The translations under genes and the position numbers were made by a program. From positions 2,166 to 66,165 of the forward strand of contig CABUAS010000001.1 in assembly GCA_902489595.1 (NCBI GenBank): DNA of 64,000 bases. The letters are read 5' to 3'. This document shows positions 29,793 through 39,170 of this stretch, in pieces. Each line of letters begins with the position of its first letter. Position 1 is the first letter of the stretch. Origin of the DNA: an uncultured Oscillospiraceae bacterium (GTDB taxonomy: Bacteria; Bacillota; Clostridia; Oscillospirales; Acutalibacteraceae). The notes beneath the pieces were generated by a model. It did not search any database and was not told the origin of the DNA. It saw only the letters and a program-made list of their open reading frames with translations.

Positions 29793-30860
29793 TTAAATAA
29801 ACACAGTAGCTACATATACGATATAGCCTGCAACCATTATAATGCCCTGCCATCTCTGAAATTTTTTGGTTATGATTGTGGGGAAAATTGCAACTGCGAT
29901 TGCCGCAAGGCAAACAACCATATCCACTGTTACGGATGACGCCGAAACTGCAAGTGCGCCCGTGCCCTTGCCGATTGAGGCGAAAGAACAGATAGGAAGA
30001 ATAAGCGTTAAATCAATAATATTTGCACCGAGAATATTGCCGACGGAGAGAGCGCCCTGCTTTTTCCTGAGTGCCGTAATCATTGTAACAAGTTCGGGCA
30101 ATGAAGTGCCGATTGCAATAGCGATAACACTGATAACTCTTTGAGGAATATTCAGGCTGATTGCAATTTCGGTACCGTAATCAACAAGCAAATCTGCACC
30201 TACAACAATACCGACTGCACCGAGAACAAAGAAAATCAGATTCTTTGCCCAGTCTTTTTTTGTGGCTGTTTCTTTTGTGGGAACAATATTGTCCTCTTCC
30301 TGAAGTCCTATATTTTCAGGACTCGGCTCAAGCTGTACCGAACTGTTTTTCATTGACATAAAGTTTTCTACAAAGAATGCAATAAAGATTACAATAAGAA
30401 CAATTAAGCCAATCGTTGAAAGATTATAGAAAAAGCCTGTTTCACCTGTAAAAGTAAGTTCTTTTTTCTCTGTAAAAATACAGCCGAGCACAAGAGCCGC
30501 AGATGCTGCAAACATCATAACCGCTTTCGGCGCAAACTGCTTACGCTTAATCGGTCTTGACGCTGCGTCAGTAAATATAATAAATATACCCATTATAAGT
30601 GCCGTGTTTGCCGTAACCGAGCCGACTGCGTTGCCTGCCGCCATTTCAACATTGCCTTTAAGTGTTGCCTGAATACTTACAAGCATTTCGGGCAGGGTGG
30701 TTGCTATTGATACAATCGTAGCGCCGATAACAAATTTCGGCACACCAAGTACCTCGGCAATCCAACTTGCACTGTCTACAAACCAGTCGCCGCCTTTTAT
30801 AATGAGTATAAGGCCGACGATGAATAATACGTACATTAAAACTGTTTCCATAATGGTCAC
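29793..30860 (-). CDS. Ca2+/Na+ antiporter family (CaCA, YrbG-like) membrane protein
   Basis: Two alpha-repeat motifs (GATIVSIATTLPE, AIGTSLPELV) separated by a hydrophilic loop. Confidence 0.85.
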   Translation of the reverse strand: MTIMETVLMYVLFIVGLILIIKGGDWFVDSASWIAEVLGVPKFVIGATIVSIATTLPEMLVSIQATLKGNVEMAAGNAVGSVTANTALIMGIFIIFTDAASRPIKRKQFAPKAVMMFAASAALVLGCIFTEKKELTFTGETGFFYNLSTIGLIVLIVIFIAFFVENFMSMKNSSVQLEPSPENIGLQEEDNIVPTKETATKKDWAKNLIFFVLGAVGIVVGADLLVDYGTEIAISLNIPQRVISVIAIAIGTSLPELVTMITALRKKQGALSVGNILGANIIDLTLILPICSFASIGKGTGALAVSASSVTVDMVVCLAAIAVAIFPTIITKKFQRWQGIIMVAGYIVYVATVFI

Positions 30861-31056
30861 CTCAAAAAATCCGATTGCTTAATATAGTACAACATTGCGA
30901 ATTCATTGTCAATAATTTACATTCAAAAAAAGCGTGTTGTGAAATCAAATATTTTATGATACAATATAAATATACTGTTGTATAAATATACTCACAATAT
31001 TGTTATCTGTAGGGGCGGATAATATCCGCCCGTTAAAACAGAATGGAGTTGTCTTT

Positions 31057-32259
31057 ATGGATGATAAGAAAAAAAACCTACTCGGAATGTTAATTCCCGT
31101 TATAACTGCCGTTCTTGTTGTTGTTGTTTTTGCAATAAGCGGTCACATCACAAAAAATATGGACGCCGTTGAGCCTACTGCGCCTGCACCTACCGAGGAG
31201 CAGACAACCGAGCCTGTAACGCAGGCATCATCAAAGGTTACGCTTGTTGCCGTCGGTGACAATCTTATTCACAACACACTGATTGACGCAGGCAAAACAT
31301 CAGACGGAACGCTTGACTACAATTCATTTTATGCAAACATAAAGAAAGATATTTCTGCAGCCGACATTGCTGTTATCAATCAGGAAACTATGCTGGGCGG
31401 CTCTGAATTTGAATATGCGGGCTATCCGCAGTTCAATACCCCTTGGGAGGTAGGCGAGGCCGCCATTGCCGCAGGCTTTGACATTTTCACATGTGCCACA
31501 AACCACTCTATGGACGTAGGCTTTAAGGGCATTGAACAGGAATGTAAATTCTTTGATGCACACCCCGAGGTTACGCATATCGGCACAAACGACACCGAAG
31601 AAGATTACAACACCATAGTTTATTATGAGAAAAACGGTATAAAATTTGCTGTACTGAATTATACATACGGCACAAACGGTATTCCCCGCCCCGAGGGCAA
31701 AAGTTGGTGCGTCAATATGATGGACAAGGAAAGAATTACTTCAGACGTAAACACGGCAAAACAAAATGCCGATGCCGTTATCGTATTTCCGCACTGGGGC
31801 ACGGAAAACAGTTCCTCAGTTTCCGATTATCAGAAAGAATATGTACAGTTATTCTCAGAACTCGGTGTTGACATTGTTATCGGTGCTCATCCGCACGTGC
31901 TGCAGCCTGTTGAATGGGTAACAAATGAGCAGACAGGCAAAAAAATGCTTGTTTACTATTCACTCGGCAATTTTATTTCACATCAGACAAGTGTTAACCA
32001 GTTATGCGGCGGTATGGCAAGAATTACCATTGAGAAAAACAATGATGAAATCACGGTTACTTCTGCAAAACTTGTGCCGGTAGTTTGCTGGTATTCATCA
32101 AACGAAAGCAAGCAGTTTACATTTTCGGTTTACAAGCTCGGCGATTACACCGACAGCCTTGCCGAAACACATTCACAAAGAAGTAAAGGCGTTACGACTG
32201 ATTATTTCACAAGCCACTGCAAAGAAATTATACCCGAAGAATTTTTGGAAATGAGTTAA
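31057..32259 (+). CDS. CapA-family (PGA_cap metallophosphatase-like) membrane-anchored protein
   Basis: Start moved to MDDKKKN (RBS GGAG). The upstream extension translates a REP-like hairpin. VGDNLIH, NHSMD and PHWG motifs. Confidence 0.8.
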   Translation: MDDKKKNLLGMLIPVITAVLVVVVFAISGHITKNMDAVEPTAPAPTEEQTTEPVTQASSKVTLVAVGDNLIHNTLIDAGKTSDGTLDYNSFYANIKKDISAADIAVINQETMLGGSEFEYAGYPQFNTPWEVGEAAIAAGFDIFTCATNHSMDVGFKGIEQECKFFDAHPEVTHIGTNDTEEDYNTIVYYEKNGIKFAVLNYTYGTNGIPRPEGKSWCVNMMDKERITSDVNTAKQNADAVIVFPHWGTENSSSVSDYQKEYVQLFSELGVDIVIGAHPHVLQPVEWVTNEQTGKKMLVYYSLGNFISHQTSVNQLCGGMARITIEKNNDEITVTSAKLVPVVCWYSSNESKQFTFSVYKLGDYTDSLAETHSQRSKGVTTDYFTSHCKEIIPEEFLEMS

Positions 32260-32355
32260 TGCAGTTTACACTTTAATGTTTTTGTATAAATTGCAACAAA
32301 ACAGGCTTTTAAACCGCAGTAAAAATTCAAAATCTCACAAAATATAAAAAAAGTG

Positions 32356-32384
32356 TTGACTTTGAAAGAAATTATTCATATAAT
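32356..32384 (+). promoter_or_regulatory. sigma-A promoter upstream of glnA
   Basis: TTGACT, exactly 17 nt, TATAAT. Confidence 0.65.
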
Positions 32385-32404
32385 GAGAGTGTACTAAGAA
32401 CAAA

Positions 32405-32442
32405 GGCGTTCCGAATTATATCGGAGCGCCCTTTTTGTTTTT
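32405..32442 (+). terminator. intrinsic terminator-like hairpin inside the glnA 5' leader
   Basis: GGCGTTCCGA-ATTATA-TCGGAGCGCC then CTTTTTGTTTTT, between the promoter and the glnA RBS. Confidence 0.6.
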
Positions 32443-32474
32443 AAATTTCAATAATACTATCGGAGGGTATTTTT

Positions 32475-33815
32475 ATGAGTAAACTTACAAAAGAGGACAT
32501 ACTCAGAGACGCAGAAGAAAAAAATGTTGAGTTCGTAAGACTTCAGTTTACAGACGTATTCGGTCTTATGAAAAACGTATCTCTCACTGTGTCACAACTT
32601 GAGAAAGCACTTGATAACGAGTGTATGTTTGACGGTTCTTCAATCGACGGCTATGTTCGTATTGATGAATCAGATATGTATCTCCACCCTGACCTTGATT
32701 CATGGGCACTTTTCCCTTGGAGAACATTCGGCGGAAAAACAACGGCACGCCTTATATGCTCTGTTTATATGGCAGACAACAAAACACCGTTTATGGGTGA
32801 CCCGAAAAACGTGCTTGCAAAAGTTATGAAAGAGGCAGAAAAAATGGGTTACGGCTTTAATGTAGGCCCTGAACTTGAATTCTTCCTTTTCAAAAGAGAT
32901 GAAAACGGCAACCCCACAACAGAGATGACAGACCTTGGCGGTTATTTTGACCTTAACCCGATTGACGCAGGCGAAAACTGCCGCCGTGATATCTGCCTTG
33001 CTCTTGAAGATATGGGCTATGAAATTGAGGCATCACACCACGAAGTTGCAGAATCCCAGCACGAAATTGACTTTAAATTCGGCGATGTTATGATTACTGC
33101 AGACAGATGTATGACCTTCAAGCACGTAGTTAAAACTTATGCAACAAAGCACGGTCTGCACGCAACATTTATGCCGAAGCCTGTTTTTGGTATAAACGGT
33201 TCGGGTATGCACACAAATATGAGCCTTTACAGACTTTCAGACGGCTCAAACGCATTTGATGATCCAAGCGACAAACTCGGTCTTTCAAAAGAAGCATATG
33301 CTTTCATTGCAGGCGTTATTGCTCACGTAAAAGGAATTGCGGCATTCTCAAACCCTCTTGTAAATTCATATAAAAGACTTGTTCCGGGTTACGAGGCTCC
33401 CTGCTACATTGCATGGTCTGCATCAAACCGTTCAAGCCTTGTTCGTATTCCGGCAGCAAGAGGCAAAGGCACAAGAGTTGAACTTCGTTGCCCCGACCCA
33501 ACCTGCAACCCTTATCTTGAAATGGCACTCTGCCTTGCAGCAGGTCTTGACGGTATCAAGAAGAATATGACGCCTCCTGCTCCTGTTGATTACAATGTAT
33601 TTGATTTAACTGCAGAAGAACTTGTAGAAAACGGTATCGACTGCCTGCCCGGCAGCCTGATTGACGCAGTTTATGCGGCAGAGGCTGACCCGTTTGTAAA
33701 AGAAACTGTAGGCGAACACATCTTCAACGCTTATATAGGCGGTAAAAAGCGTGAGTGGGATGAATACCGCACACAGATTTCGCAGTGGGAAATTGACAGA
33801 TACTTAAAGAAATAA
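32475..33815 (+). CDS. glnA: glutamine synthetase, type I
   Basis: Full-length GS-I with the FDGSSI, GSGMHTN and NPY motifs. Confidence 0.95.
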   Translation: MSKLTKEDILRDAEEKNVEFVRLQFTDVFGLMKNVSLTVSQLEKALDNECMFDGSSIDGYVRIDESDMYLHPDLDSWALFPWRTFGGKTTARLICSVYMADNKTPFMGDPKNVLAKVMKEAEKMGYGFNVGPELEFFLFKRDENGNPTTEMTDLGGYFDLNPIDAGENCRRDICLALEDMGYEIEASHHEVAESQHEIDFKFGDVMITADRCMTFKHVVKTYATKHGLHATFMPKPVFGINGSGMHTNMSLYRLSDGSNAFDDPSDKLGLSKEAYAFIAGVIAHVKGIAAFSNPLVNSYKRLVPGYEAPCYIAWSASNRSSLVRIPAARGKGTRVELRCPDPTCNPYLEMALCLAAGLDGIKKNMTPPAPVDYNVFDLTAEELVENGIDCLPGSLIDAVYAAEADPFVKETVGEHIFNAYIGGKKREWDEYRTQISQWEIDRYLKK

Positions 33816-33920
33816 ATCTGATATTTTTCAAATTCAGATGAAATACTTGACTAATTGAAAAAAATATAGTAAATTATATGGGCAGTGAATTCTGCCCGTA
33901 TTTTTATATACCGAATATAT

Positions 33921-34013
33921 GCAGATGTGTCCGAGCTGGCCGAAGGAGCACGATTGGAAATCGTGTAAACGGCGAACACCGTTTCTGGGGTTCAAATCCC
34001 CACATCTGCGCCA
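33921..34013 (+). tRNA. tRNA-Ser (anticodon GGA), CCA encoded
   Basis: Acceptor GCAGATG/CATCTGC, anticodon stem CACGA/TCGTG with loop TTGGAAA. Long variable arm, T-arm GGGGTTCAAATCCCC, 3' GCCA. Confidence 0.9.
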
Positions 34014-34329
34014 TTAAAAAAGCAAGCACTTTTTGTGCTTGTTTTTTTAATCGTATAAATAGGGATTTGAAACGAACTCCAAATTTTGAGGTACAAGCTG
34101 AAAAATTTGGGAGAAAGGTACAGTGTACCTTTCGATAGCTGAGAAGAAAATCCCCACATCTGCGCCATTAAAAAAGCAAGCACTTTTTGTGCTTGTTTTT
34201 TTAATCGTATAAATAGGGATTTGAAACGAACTCCAAATTTTGAGGTACAAGCTGAAAAATTTGGGAGAAAGGTACAGTGTACCTTTCGATAGCTGAGAAG
34301 AAAATCCCCACATCTGCACCATTAAAAAG
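33994..34329 (+). repeat. 154-bp direct tandem repeat (2 full copies + partial third), each starting with the last ~20 nt of tRNA-Ser
   Basis: AAATCCCCACATCTGCGCCATTAAAAAAGCAAGCACTTTTTGTGCTTG... starts at 33994 and 34148. It starts again at 34302, where the third copy has GCACCA instead of GCGCCA. Confidence 0.9.
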
Positions 34330-34375
34330 ACGGCAGGGTGATGACGCCCCGCCGCTGTTTTGTTATATTCTGAAA

Positions 34376-35749
34376 TTAATCTACTTTAGGCAATTTTGAT
34401 GCATATTCTTTCAATTCTTCATCTGTCGGAATATAATCGTTCATTTCGCCGTCGTGGAATTTTTCATAAGCCACCATATCGAAATAGCCTGTGCCTGTAA
34501 GACCGAACACGATAGTCTTTTCTTCGCCTGTTTCTTTGCATTTCAAAGCCTCGTCAATAGCAACACGGATAGCATGCGAACTTTCAGGTGCAGGCAAAAT
34601 ACCTTCAACACGGGCAAAATATTCTGCTGCTTCAAATACATCTGTCTGTTTTACGGAAGTTGCCTCCATCAAGCCGTCATCATAAAGCTGTGAAAGAACT
34701 GAACTCATACCGTGGTAACGAAGTCCGCCTGCATGGTTGGCAGATGGAATGAAATCACAGCCGAGTGTATACATCTTTGCAAGAGGACAAACCATACCCG
34801 TATCGCAGAAATCATAAGCATAAACACCACGGGTAAGACTCGGGCATGATGCAGGCTCAACAGCGATAATACGGTAATCTGCCTCACCTCTGAGTTTTTC
34901 GCCCATAAACGGAGCAATAAGACCGCCAAGGTTTGAGCCGCCGCCTGCACAGCCGATGATAATATCGGGTTTGATGTTATATTTATCAAGAGCGGCCTTT
35001 GTTTCAAGACCTATTACAGATTGATGAAGAAGAACCTGATTCAATACAGAGCCTAAAACATATCTGTAGCCGTCGTTAGTTACAGCCTTTTCAACTGCCT
35101 CGCTGATTGCACAGCCAAGACTGCCTGTTGTGCCGGGATGCTCGGCATTTATTTTTTTACCGATTTCGGTTTCCATAGACGGTGAAGGTGTTACCGATGC
35201 GCCGTAGGTTCTCATAACTTCACGGCGGAACGGCTTTTGCTCATAAGAGCACTTAACCATATAAACCTTGCAGTCAAGGTCAAAATATGAACAAGCCATA
35301 GAGAGAGCCGTACCCCACTGACCTGCTCCCGTTTCGGTAGTTACACCTTTAAGCCCCTGTTTTTTCGCATAATACGCCTGCGCAATAGCGGAATTCAATT
35401 TATGTGAACCGCTTGTATTATTACCCTCAAATTTGTAGTAAATCTTTGCAGGTGTACCGAGTTTTTCTTCAAGGCAGTAAGCACGTACAAGCGGTGACGG
35501 GCGGTACATCTTGTAAAAGTTTTTGATTTCTTCGGGAATATCAAAATAAGGCGTGGTTTCGTCAAGTTCCTGCGCCACCAAATCTTCACAGAAAACACCT
35601 GAAAGTTCTTCTGCTGTCATAGGTTTTAATGTGGCAGGGTTAAGGAGCGGTGCCGGTTTATTTTTCATATCGGCACGCAGATTATACCAAGCCTTCGGCA
35701 TCTCATTTTCATCAAGATAAATTTTGTAAGGGATTTTCTTTTCGGACAT
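34376..35749 (-). CDS. TrpB2-type tryptophan synthase beta-like PLP enzyme
   Basis: Start moved to MSEKKIPYKIY (RBS AAGGAG). Long N-terminal TrpB2 extension, PLP lysine region GSHKLNSA, GGGSN motif. Confidence 0.9.
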   Translation of the reverse strand: MSEKKIPYKIYLDENEMPKAWYNLRADMKNKPAPLLNPATLKPMTAEELSGVFCEDLVAQELDETTPYFDIPEEIKNFYKMYRPSPLVRAYCLEEKLGTPAKIYYKFEGNNTSGSHKLNSAIAQAYYAKKQGLKGVTTETGAGQWGTALSMACSYFDLDCKVYMVKCSYEQKPFRREVMRTYGASVTPSPSMETEIGKKINAEHPGTTGSLGCAISEAVEKAVTNDGYRYVLGSVLNQVLLHQSVIGLETKAALDKYNIKPDIIIGCAGGGSNLGGLIAPFMGEKLRGEADYRIIAVEPASCPSLTRGVYAYDFCDTGMVCPLAKMYTLGCDFIPSANHAGGLRYHGMSSVLSQLYDDGLMEATSVKQTDVFEAAEYFARVEGILPAPESSHAIRVAIDEALKCKETGEEKTIVFGLTGTGYFDMVAYEKFHDGEMNDYIPTDEELKEYASKLPKVD

Positions 35750-35791
35750 TGTAATGTCTCCTTTCATAATATTATTATATTGCTTTGAGAC

Positions 35792-36050
35792 AAAATAAAA
35801 AATCCTGTCCCAAGCCTAAAAATGCTGGGACAGGATATATATTACAATCCTGCGGTGCCACCCGGCTTAACGCATCATTACAATACGCCCACTTTTCGCG
35901 TACCATCATACGCAGACCTTTGATTACGGAGAGCCACACTCCGTCTGACATACTCAAAGTTCCCGAAAACTTTTTTCTGCTCGCCCTCAGAAGTCCATTC
36001 AATTTCATATTTTTCGCTGCAATCACACCATCTGCAACTCTCTGTAGAAA
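35792..36050 (-). promoter_or_regulatory. T-box leader (Trp specifier UGG) controlling trpB2
   Basis: Minus strand shows AGAGAG stem I, specifier GAATGGAC (TGG at 35995-35997) and the T-box sequence CCGGGTGGCACCGCA. The terminator is CCTGTCCCAGC...GCTTGGGACAGG plus a T-run. Confidence 0.85.
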
Positions 36051-36234
36051 AAGGGGTGAAACTTACTTACTCTTCTTCAACGGTTTAATGGATTATAGCA
36101 CGAATGTATTTCGTATGTCAAGAGATTTATAAAAATTTTTTATAATCAGATTTTCCCCTGCTGCCGCACATTGGTTTTTTCATACTGTCAGTATAAAAAG
36201 CCTGCGGCAAACTATGCTTGCGGCAGGCTCGGCA

Positions 36235-37251
36235 TCAGTTCAGTTTTTTAACAGTCAATGACGCCTGATTTACTGTTCCTTCTGTGTTGTTTACAGTTGA
36301 AGTCAGCGAAACATCAATAACATCACCTGCGGCAAGTGTAACGATTACACTGTTTCCGAAAGTTTTATCGTTATTCGCAGTCAGCGTCAAAGTCTGTGCA
36401 GTTTGAGGAATAACACTGCCATTGTTCCTGACAGCAAGAGTTAGATTTCCTGCATTGCTTACTGATGCCACAACATTGTAGGTCAGTTCATAATCTCCTG
36501 CCGTTGTTATTGTGAGCGCATTGGCATTTGCCGCAGTGTTCACATTTAAAGTCGGCATAATTGACGGCATAGTTACCGTTGTAGGTGTTCCTGTTACAGT
36601 TTCAAAATCCTGTGCCGCAGTAGAATAGCGTCCGCTGTACGCTTCCAATCCTGAACCTTCTGCACCCGTAGCACCTGTTGCGCCTGTTGCGCCTGTTGCG
36701 CCTGTTGCACCCGTTGCGCCTGTTGCACCCGTTGCGCCTGTAACACCCGTTGCGCCTGTTGGTCCTGTCGGTCCTGTTGCACCGTTTGTACCCGCTGTGC
36801 CTGTTGCACCCGTTGCGCCAGTTGGTCCCGTAGGTCCTGTTGCACCGTTTGTACCTGCCGTGCCTGTAGCACCTGTAGCGCCCGTTGGTCCCGTAGGTCC
36901 TGTTGCACCGTTTGTACCTGCCGTGCCTGTTGCACCTGTCGGTCCTGTAGGACCCATCTGACCGTTCATACCGTCTGCACCCGTTGGTCCTGTCGGTCCT
37001 GTAGGACCCATCTGACCATTCATACCGTTAAGACCTGCAGGACCTGTCGGTCCCGTAGCACCTGTTGCACCTGTTGCGCCTGTAACTCCCGTCGAACTTC
37101 CCGTCGGTCCTGTAGGACCTGTTGCTCCCGTAGGACCTGTCGGGCCCTGAATACAACAAGGAGTACAACAATGCCTTTCAACATTACAGCTGCAGCCCTT
37201 TGAACATCCCCTGCTCAAAGCGTCGTTATCATAAGGTCTGTAAATTGTCAT
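36235..37251 (-). CDS. collagen-like (GxT repeat) BclA-type spore surface protein with C-terminal jelly-roll-like domain
   Basis: Cys-rich N-terminus ([18 protein letters not shown]), about 180 aa of GPT/GAT triplets, then a non-repetitive 140-aa C-terminal domain. Confidence 0.85.
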   Translation of the reverse strand: MTIYRPYDNDALSRGCSKGCSCNVERHCCTPCCIQGPTGPTGATGPTGPTGSSTGVTGATGATGATGPTGPAGLNGMNGQMGPTGPTGPTGADGMNGQMGPTGPTGATGTAGTNGATGPTGPTGATGATGTAGTNGATGPTGPTGATGATGTAGTNGATGPTGPTGATGVTGATGATGATGATGATGATGATGATGAEGSGLEAYSGRYSTAAQDFETVTGTPTTVTMPSIMPTLNVNTAANANALTITTAGDYELTYNVVASVSNAGNLTLAVRNNGSVIPQTAQTLTLTANNDKTFGNSVIVTLAAGDVIDVSLTSTVNNTEGTVNQASLTVKKLN

Positions 37252-37305
37252 ATTTTTACTCCTAATTACTGATTTTGCGGTGATAAATCACCTTTTATAT
37301 CATAT

Positions 37306-38430
37306 TCATTCATAATGCTTTTTGTTAAAATATTGCTTATTATATAAATAAGACGGAGCATCGGGCTTAAAAGTGCCTGCAAGTTCGTTGTAATATTCAG
37401 CAGTTTTTATATCGCCGAGTTTATCATAACAAACGGCAAGTTCAATCGCAGGAATAAAGCCGTAGCAATCCTCACTGACAAATGCGCCGTTTGTGCTTTT
37501 TGGGCAGTCAAGAGCCGTTTTAAACCAGAAAGCGGCTGTGCTGTACATTTCTTTTTTTATAAAAATATATCCAAGTTCACAACAGATTTCCGCCCGAGGT
37601 GAATCATATAAAAACGAATCTGTAAGTGCGCTGACTGCTTTATCTGTTTCGCCGTCGGCAAGATAAGAATAAGCAATGATTTTGCATGCCTCAATCTTAT
37701 TTTCTATCCAACCGTCACCATTTAAAAAATCAGTCAGAATTTCACGGCATTTGTCATATTTTTTGTGATAATAAAGTTCTCTGCCGTAATAAAATTTATC
37801 ACGCTCGGTTAAACTTTCACCGTCGGCAATCTGCTTTTCATAAATCAAAAGATTTCTGTTGCTGTAATTCTGCTTTATTGATTTATGATAAACAGCAATA
37901 TCCGAATAAATAACTTTGCCCCTCGGCACAATCACCTCATGAACTCTTCCGCTGAACAAAAGCCTACCGTCATTTTTAACAATCCGTTCTCTGTAAAAAG
38001 TAAAAGTCGGCGTGCCGTTTTCATCAAACGCAGTGCAGTAAGGCATCATAACCACATCGGTTTGAGCGGGTATATTATTTTTCAAATCAAGCAGTTTAAG
38101 CCTGTTTTCCTCAGTTAAAACATCATCTGCGTCAAGCCACATATTATAATCACCCGATGACTTTGAAAAAGCAAAATTTCTCGCCCTTGAAAAATCATCG
38201 CACCACTTGAAATCAAAAACCTTATCTGTAAACCAACCTGCAATTTCTTTCGTATTATCCGTGCTTCCCGTATCGCATATAATAATTTCGCCAAAAACAT
38301 CGTGAACGCTTTCAAGGCATCTTGCAATAACGCTTTCCTCATTTTTAACAATCATACATAAACTGAAAAAAGGCACAGCAATCCCCCCTGTTACAGGATA
38401 TGCCGTGCCGAAAAAACCGTTAAACTCCAT
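37306..38430 (-). CDS. GT2 glycosyltransferase fused to TPR repeats
   Basis: FSLCMIVKNEE...ICDTGSTDNT GT2 motifs and DADD. The C-terminal half has TPR-like repeats. Start uncertain (38430 or 38472). Confidence 0.8.
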   Translation of the reverse strand: MEFNGFFGTAYPVTGGIAVPFFSLCMIVKNEESVIARCLESVHDVFGEIIICDTGSTDNTKEIAGWFTDKVFDFKWCDDFSRARNFAFSKSSGDYNMWLDADDVLTEENRLKLLDLKNNIPAQTDVVMMPYCTAFDENGTPTFTFYRERIVKNDGRLLFSGRVHEVIVPRGKVIYSDIAVYHKSIKQNYSNRNLLIYEKQIADGESLTERDKFYYGRELYYHKKYDKCREILTDFLNGDGWIENKIEACKIIAYSYLADGETDKAVSALTDSFLYDSPRAEICCELGYIFIKKEMYSTAAFWFKTALDCPKSTNGAFVSEDCYGFIPAIELAVCYDKLGDIKTAEYYNELAGTFKPDAPSYLYNKQYFNKKHYE

Positions 38431-38726
38431 AAAATGAAAAACGCCACTAAATAACTTAGCGGTGTTTCTCAAAAGGGGTAAAAATTTATGTAAAAGCCAA
38501 AAGCTTTTAAGTAAGAAACGGTTTAATTTCTTACTACGCTCATCATTATAATTATTATTTAAAAAAAATCAAGACCTTTATTTGGATTTCTATTTTTTTG
38601 ACATATCGTCTAAAAAGTAAAGGCAATTTTTATGCAATTTTCACAAATGATTATTTACAGATTTTTAATGATGTACAAAAAAAGAATCAGCGGCGTGCAC
38701 ATAAATCACACCGCCGAGGCTCAAAA

Positions 38727-39170
38727 TTACTCCATCTGTTTTCCCAAAAATGCCGCTGCAACCTGCACGAGTTTAATGTCGGTTTCATCGGGCAAAGTAT
38801 TAGGCTCTGTTTCCATAAGAGCCACTGCACCCGAAACATCACCGCCGTAGATAATCGGATACACAACGTTTGCCTTGCGGTCAAACCCCTCAATCGCATT
38901 CATTGACGGAACATCGCGTGTAGCGATGTGAATCTGCCTGTTTTCCATCAAATCTTCAAGATTTTTTGTAATTCTGCGCTCAAGAATTTCACGCTTACTG
39001 ATACCTGATGCGGCAATAACATGATCGTTATCCATAATTGCAATCGGCAGTCCGCCGCTTTTATGAAGCACCTCGGCATACTGATTGGCAAAATTTGAAA
39101 GTTCACCGATAGGTGAATATTTTTTAAAAATAACTTCGCCCTCTGAATCCGTAAAAATTTCCAGCGGGTC
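38727..39170 (-). pseudogene. spoVT: spoVT 3' segment (codons ~32-end, GAF-like C-terminal domain), detached from its 5' end
   Basis: DPLEIFTDSEGEVIFKKYSPIGELSNFANQYAE...VQVAAAFLGKQME is collinear with SpoVT after the GDPLEIF motif. It is read as the tail of the recombinase ORF. Confidence 0.9.

Noticed and set aside
31000-31056. N-terminal extension MLSVGADNIRPLKQNGVVF of the CapA-like ORF
   Set aside because: The extension translates the REP-like hairpin GTAGGGGCGGATAATATCCGCCC. A proper RBS (GGAG) precedes the internal ATG at 31057.
33878-34322. Three ORFs (86, 63 and 91 aa) across the tRNA-Ser and tandem repeat region
   Set aside because: They overlap a tRNA gene and terminator hairpins, and they exist only because the repeat duplicates an open frame.
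33994-34329. Possible CRISPR array
   Set aside because: The repeat unit is 154 bp and contiguous, with no unique spacers. There are no cas genes and no 25-40 bp repeat periodicity anywhere in the window.
36594-36935. 113-aa ORF (QQAQ-rich) overlapping the collagen-like gene in another frame
   Set aside because: It is an out-of-frame reading of the GxT triplet repeat DNA. Low-complexity repeats keep all frames open, so there is no independent support.
38598-38906. Plus-strand ORFs (102 and 72 aa) downstream of the GT2-TPR gene
   Set aside because: They lie antisense to the spoVT 3' segment, which has clear homology-type support.
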